64,000 nt of DNA from assembly GCA_002269645.1 (NCBI GenBank), contig NIVC01000639.1:234173-298172 (forward strand). The letters run 5' to 3'. Positions 60,115 to 64,000 of the stretch are shown here, in pieces; position 1 is the first letter of the stretch, and the number at the start of each line of letters is the position of its first letter. The notes below the pieces were generated by a model, which had not been told where the DNA came from, searched no databases, and saw only the letters and a program-made list of their open reading frames with translations. Source of the stretch: Macrostomum lignano. Taxonomy: Eukaryota. Both the position numbers and the translations under genes were made by a program.

Positions 60115-62806
60115 GCTGGGGACTGATTGAGAACCTGTTTTGGACATGGCTGGGGGCTGATTGAGAACCTGTTTTGGACATGGCTGGGGGCTGATTGAGA
60201 ACCTGTTTTCGACATGGCTGGGGGCTGATTGAGAACCTGCTTTGGACATGGCTGGGGACTGATTGAGAACCTGCTTTGGACATGGCTGGGGGCTGATTGA
60301 GAACCTGTTTTGGACATGGCTGGGGGCTGATTGAGAACCTGTTTTGGACATGGCTGGGGGCTGATTGAGAACCTGTTTTGGACATGGCTGGGGGCTGATT
60401 GAGAACCTGTTTTGGACATGGCTGGGGACTGATTGAGAACCTGTTTTGGACATGGCTGGGGGCTGATTGAGAACCTGTTTTGGACATGGCTGGGGGCTGA
60501 TTGAGAACCTGTTTTGGACATGGCTGGGGGCTGATTGAGAACCTGTTTTTGACATGGCTGGGGACTGATTGAGAACCTGTTTTGGACATGGCTGGGGGCT
60601 GATTGAGAACCTGTTTTGGACATGGCTGGGGGCTGATTGAGAACCTGTTTTGGACATGGCTGGGGGCTGATTGAGAACCTGTTTTGGACATGGCTGGGGG
60701 CTGATTGAGAACCTGTTTTGGACATGGCTGGGGGCTGATTGAGAACCTGTTTTGGACATGGCTGGGGGCTGATTGAGAACCTGTTTTGGACATGGCTGGG
60801 GACTGATTGAGAACCTGTTTTGGACATGGCTGGGGGCTGATTGAGAACCTGTTTTGGACATGGCTGGGGGCTGATTGAGAACCTGTTTTGGACATGGCTG
60901 GGGGCTGATTGAGAACCTGTTTTCGACATGGCTGGGGGCTGATTGAGAACCTGTTTTGGACATGGCTGGGGACTGATTGAGAACCTGTTTTGGACATGGC
61001 TGGGGACTGATTGAGAACCTGTTTTCGACATGGCTGGGGGCTGATTGAGAACCTGTTTTGGACATGGCTGGGGACTGATTGAGAACCTGTTTTGGACATG
61101 GCTGGGGGCTGATTGAGAACCTGTTTTGGACATGGCTGGGGACTGATTGAGAACCTGTTTTGGACATGGCTGGGGACTGATTGAGAACCTGTTTTGGACA
61201 TGGCTGGGGCTGATTGAGAACCTGTTTTGGACATGGCTGGGGGCTGATTGAGAACCTGTTTTGGACATGGCTGGGGACTGATTGAGAACCTGTTTTGGAC
61301 ATGGCTGGGGCTGATTGAGAACCTGTTTTGGACATGGCTGGGGGCTGATTGAGAACCTGTTTTGGACATGGCTGGGGCTGATTGAGAACCTGTTTTGGAC
61401 ATGGCTGGGGACTGATTGAGAACCTGTTTTGGACATGGCTGGGGACTGATTGAGAACCTGTTTTGGACATGGCTGGGGGCTGATTGAGAACCTGTTTTGG
61501 ACATGGCTGGGGACTGATTGAGAACCTGTTTTGGACATGGCTGGGGACTGATTGAGAACCTGTTTTGGACATGGCTGGGGGCTGATTGAGAACCTGTTTT
61601 GGACATGGCTGGGGGCTGATTGAGAACCTGTTTTGGACATGGCTGGGGACTGATTGAGAACCTGTTTTGGACATGGCTGGGGGCTGATTGAGAACCTGTT
61701 TTCGACATGGCTGGGGACTGATTGAGAACCTGTTTTGGACATGGCTGGGGGCTGATTGAGAACCTGTTTTCGACATGGCTGGGGACTGATTGAGAACCTG
61801 TTTTGGACATGGCTGGGGACTGATTGAGAACCTGTTTTGGACATGGCTGGGGGCTGATTGAGAACCTGTTTTCGACATGGCTGGGGGCTGATTGAGAACC
61901 TGTTTTGGACATGGCTGGGGACTGATTGAGAACCTGTTTTGGACATGGCTGGGGACTGATTGAGAACCTGTTTTGGACATGGCTGGGGGCTGATTGAGAA
62001 CCTGTTTTGGACATGGCTGGGGACTGATTGAGAACCTGTTTTGGACATGGCTGGGGGCTGATTGAGAACCTGTTTTGGACATGGCTGGGGACTGATTGAG
62101 AACCTGTTTTGGACATGGCTGGGGACTGATTGAGAACCTGTTTTGGACATGGCTGGGGCTGATTGAGAACCTGTTTTGGACATGGCTGGGGGCTGATTGA
62201 GAACCTGTTTTGGACATGGCTGGGGACTGATTGAGAACCTGTTTTGGACATGGCTGGGGGCTGATTGAGAACCTGTTTTGGACATGGCTGGGGCTGATTG
62301 AGAACCTGTTTTGGACATGGCTGGGGACTGATTGAGAACCTGTTTTGGACATGGCTGGGGGCTGATTGAGAACCTGTTTTGGACATGGCTGGGGACTGAT
62401 TGAGAACCTGTTTTGGACATGGCTGGGGACTGATTGAGAACCTGTTTTGGACATGGCTGGGGGCTGATTGAGAACCTGTTTTGGACATGGCTGGGGGCTG
62501 ATTGAGAACCTGTTTTGGACATGGCTGGGGACTGATTGAGAACCTGTTTTGGACATGGCTGGGGGCTGATTGAGAACCTGTTTTCGACATGGCTGGGGAC
62601 TGATTGAGAACCTGTTTTGGACATGGCTGGGGGCTGATTGAGAACCTGTTTTCGACATGGCTGGGGACTGATTGAGAACCTGTTTTGGACATGGCTGGGG
62701 GCTGATTGAGAACCTGTTTTGGACATGGCTGGGGGCTGATTGAGAACCTGTTTTCGACATGGCTGGGGACTGATTGAGAACCTGTTTTGGACATGGCTGG
62801 GGGCTG
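60115..62806. repeat. 34-bp minisatellite (GGCTGGGG[G/A]CTGATTGAGAACCTGTTTTGGACAT)
   Basis: About 79 units; stop-free on the minus strand, which explains the 873-1035 aa ORFs. Confidence 0.98.
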
Positions 62807-62959
62807 AGAAGGTAGAGCCCAGCTGAACAGAATACTGCGACTAGGCTCCTATGCGCTGAGTATGGGAGTAATTAGCGTTGAATGAAGTAGATAACTTAAA
62901 GTGGGTTATCTTTTAGTATAGGTAGAGCGCTGCTGTAGCTTATGAGAGCAGGGTCACTT

Positions 62960-63685
62960 GGGGGCGGGCAGTGGCACTCACTCAGAGTAGGGCAGGGCAC
63001 TCAGCAGCACTCACTCAGAGTAGAGCAGGGCACTCGGCGGCACTCACTCAGAGTAAGAAAGGACACTCAACGGCACTCACTCAGAGTAGGGCAGGGTACT
63101 TAGCGGCACTCACTCAGAGTAGGACAGGGCACTCAGTGGCAGTCACTCAGAGTAGGACAGGGCACTCAGCGGCACTCACTCAGAGCAAAACAGGACACTC
63201 AGCGGCACTCACTCAGAGTAAGACAGGACACTCAGCGGCACTCACTCAGAGCAAGACAGGGCACTCAACGGCACTCACTCAGAGTAGGACAGGACACTCA
63301 GCAGCACTCACTCAGAGTAGGACAGGGCACTCAGCAGCACTCACTCAGAGTAGGACAGGACACTCAGCAGCACTCACTCAGAGTAGGACAGGGCACTCAG
63401 CAGCACTCACTCAGAGTAGGACAGGGCACTCAGTGGCACTCACTCAGAGTAGGACAGGGCACTCAGCGGCACTCACTCAGAGTAGGACAGGGCACTCAGC
63501 GGCACTCACTCAGAGTAGGACAGGGCACTCAGCGGCACTCACTCAGAGTAGGACAGGGCACTCAGTGGCACTCACTCAGAGTAGGACAGGGCACTCAGCG
63601 GCACTCACTCAGAGTAGGACAGGGCACTCAGCGGCACTCACTCAGAGTAGGACAGGGCACTCAGCGGCACTCACTCAGAGTAGAA
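62960..63685. repeat. 33-bp minisatellite (GGCACTCAGCGGCACTCACTCAGAGTAGGACAG)
   Basis: About 21-22 tandem units. Confidence 0.96.
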
Positions 63686-64000
63686 GCCGACAGGCAATGT
63701 CGATGACAGCGCAGGCTTTGGCTGGTCCGCCACAGCTGCCGCCGCTGCCGCAGCCGCCACCGTTGTAGAAGCTGTCGCCGTCCATGGTGTTTCAAAAGCA
63801 TCTGGTCGAGCCCAGGCTGCAGAAGCCAGAAGCTGCTGCTGCTGCAGTTGCTGCTGCAGCCAGAAGTGCTGCAGAAGCAGCAGTTGCTGTTGCTGTTGCT
63901 GCAGCAGCGCCAGGGGAATCGGCACCGGTCTTCTTGGAGGCTTTGCCACCCGGCCGCCGGACACGCCGCGACACCTGATGAAGGCCGGCGTCTCTTCGGG

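Noticed and set aside
59653-62794. 873-1035 aa ORFs on the minus strand
   Set aside because: All three frames read the same cycling peptide because the 34-bp unit has no stop codon; the region lies in a probable intron

Overview
Eukaryotic genomic DNA, not prokaryotic: GC-rich spliced exons, with nearly every larger intron filled by its own minisatellite. The style suggests a flatworm such as Macrostomum (inference only). Genes built by hand from GT-AG sites and codon phase: a secreted PAN/apple + LamG-like protein (-), a single-exon PAN + C-type lectin (-), a 9-10 exon DUF4062-like/NACHT/TPR protein with degenerate Walker motifs (-), a ZDHHC3/7 palmitoyltransferase (+), a short KDM4/JMJD2 demethylase (+) and a zf-3CxxC (RTP-like) protein (-). 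Mobile DNA: a Ngaro/PAT-type tyrosine-recombinase retroelement with split direct repeats and a SAP domain in gag, a decayed THAP/P-element transposase, gypsy remnants, two tRNA-derived SINE copies and an AT-rich TIR element. The standout is a 6.45-kb hAT transposon (14-bp TIRs, exact 8-bp TSD) inserted in a gypsy gag. Its transposase is spliced in frame to an upstream signal-peptide + lamin-tail-like ORF. A MITE sharing its terminus sits inside an exon of the NACHT gene and may act as a new intron. All domain calls are by-eye motif recognition; no database search was run.
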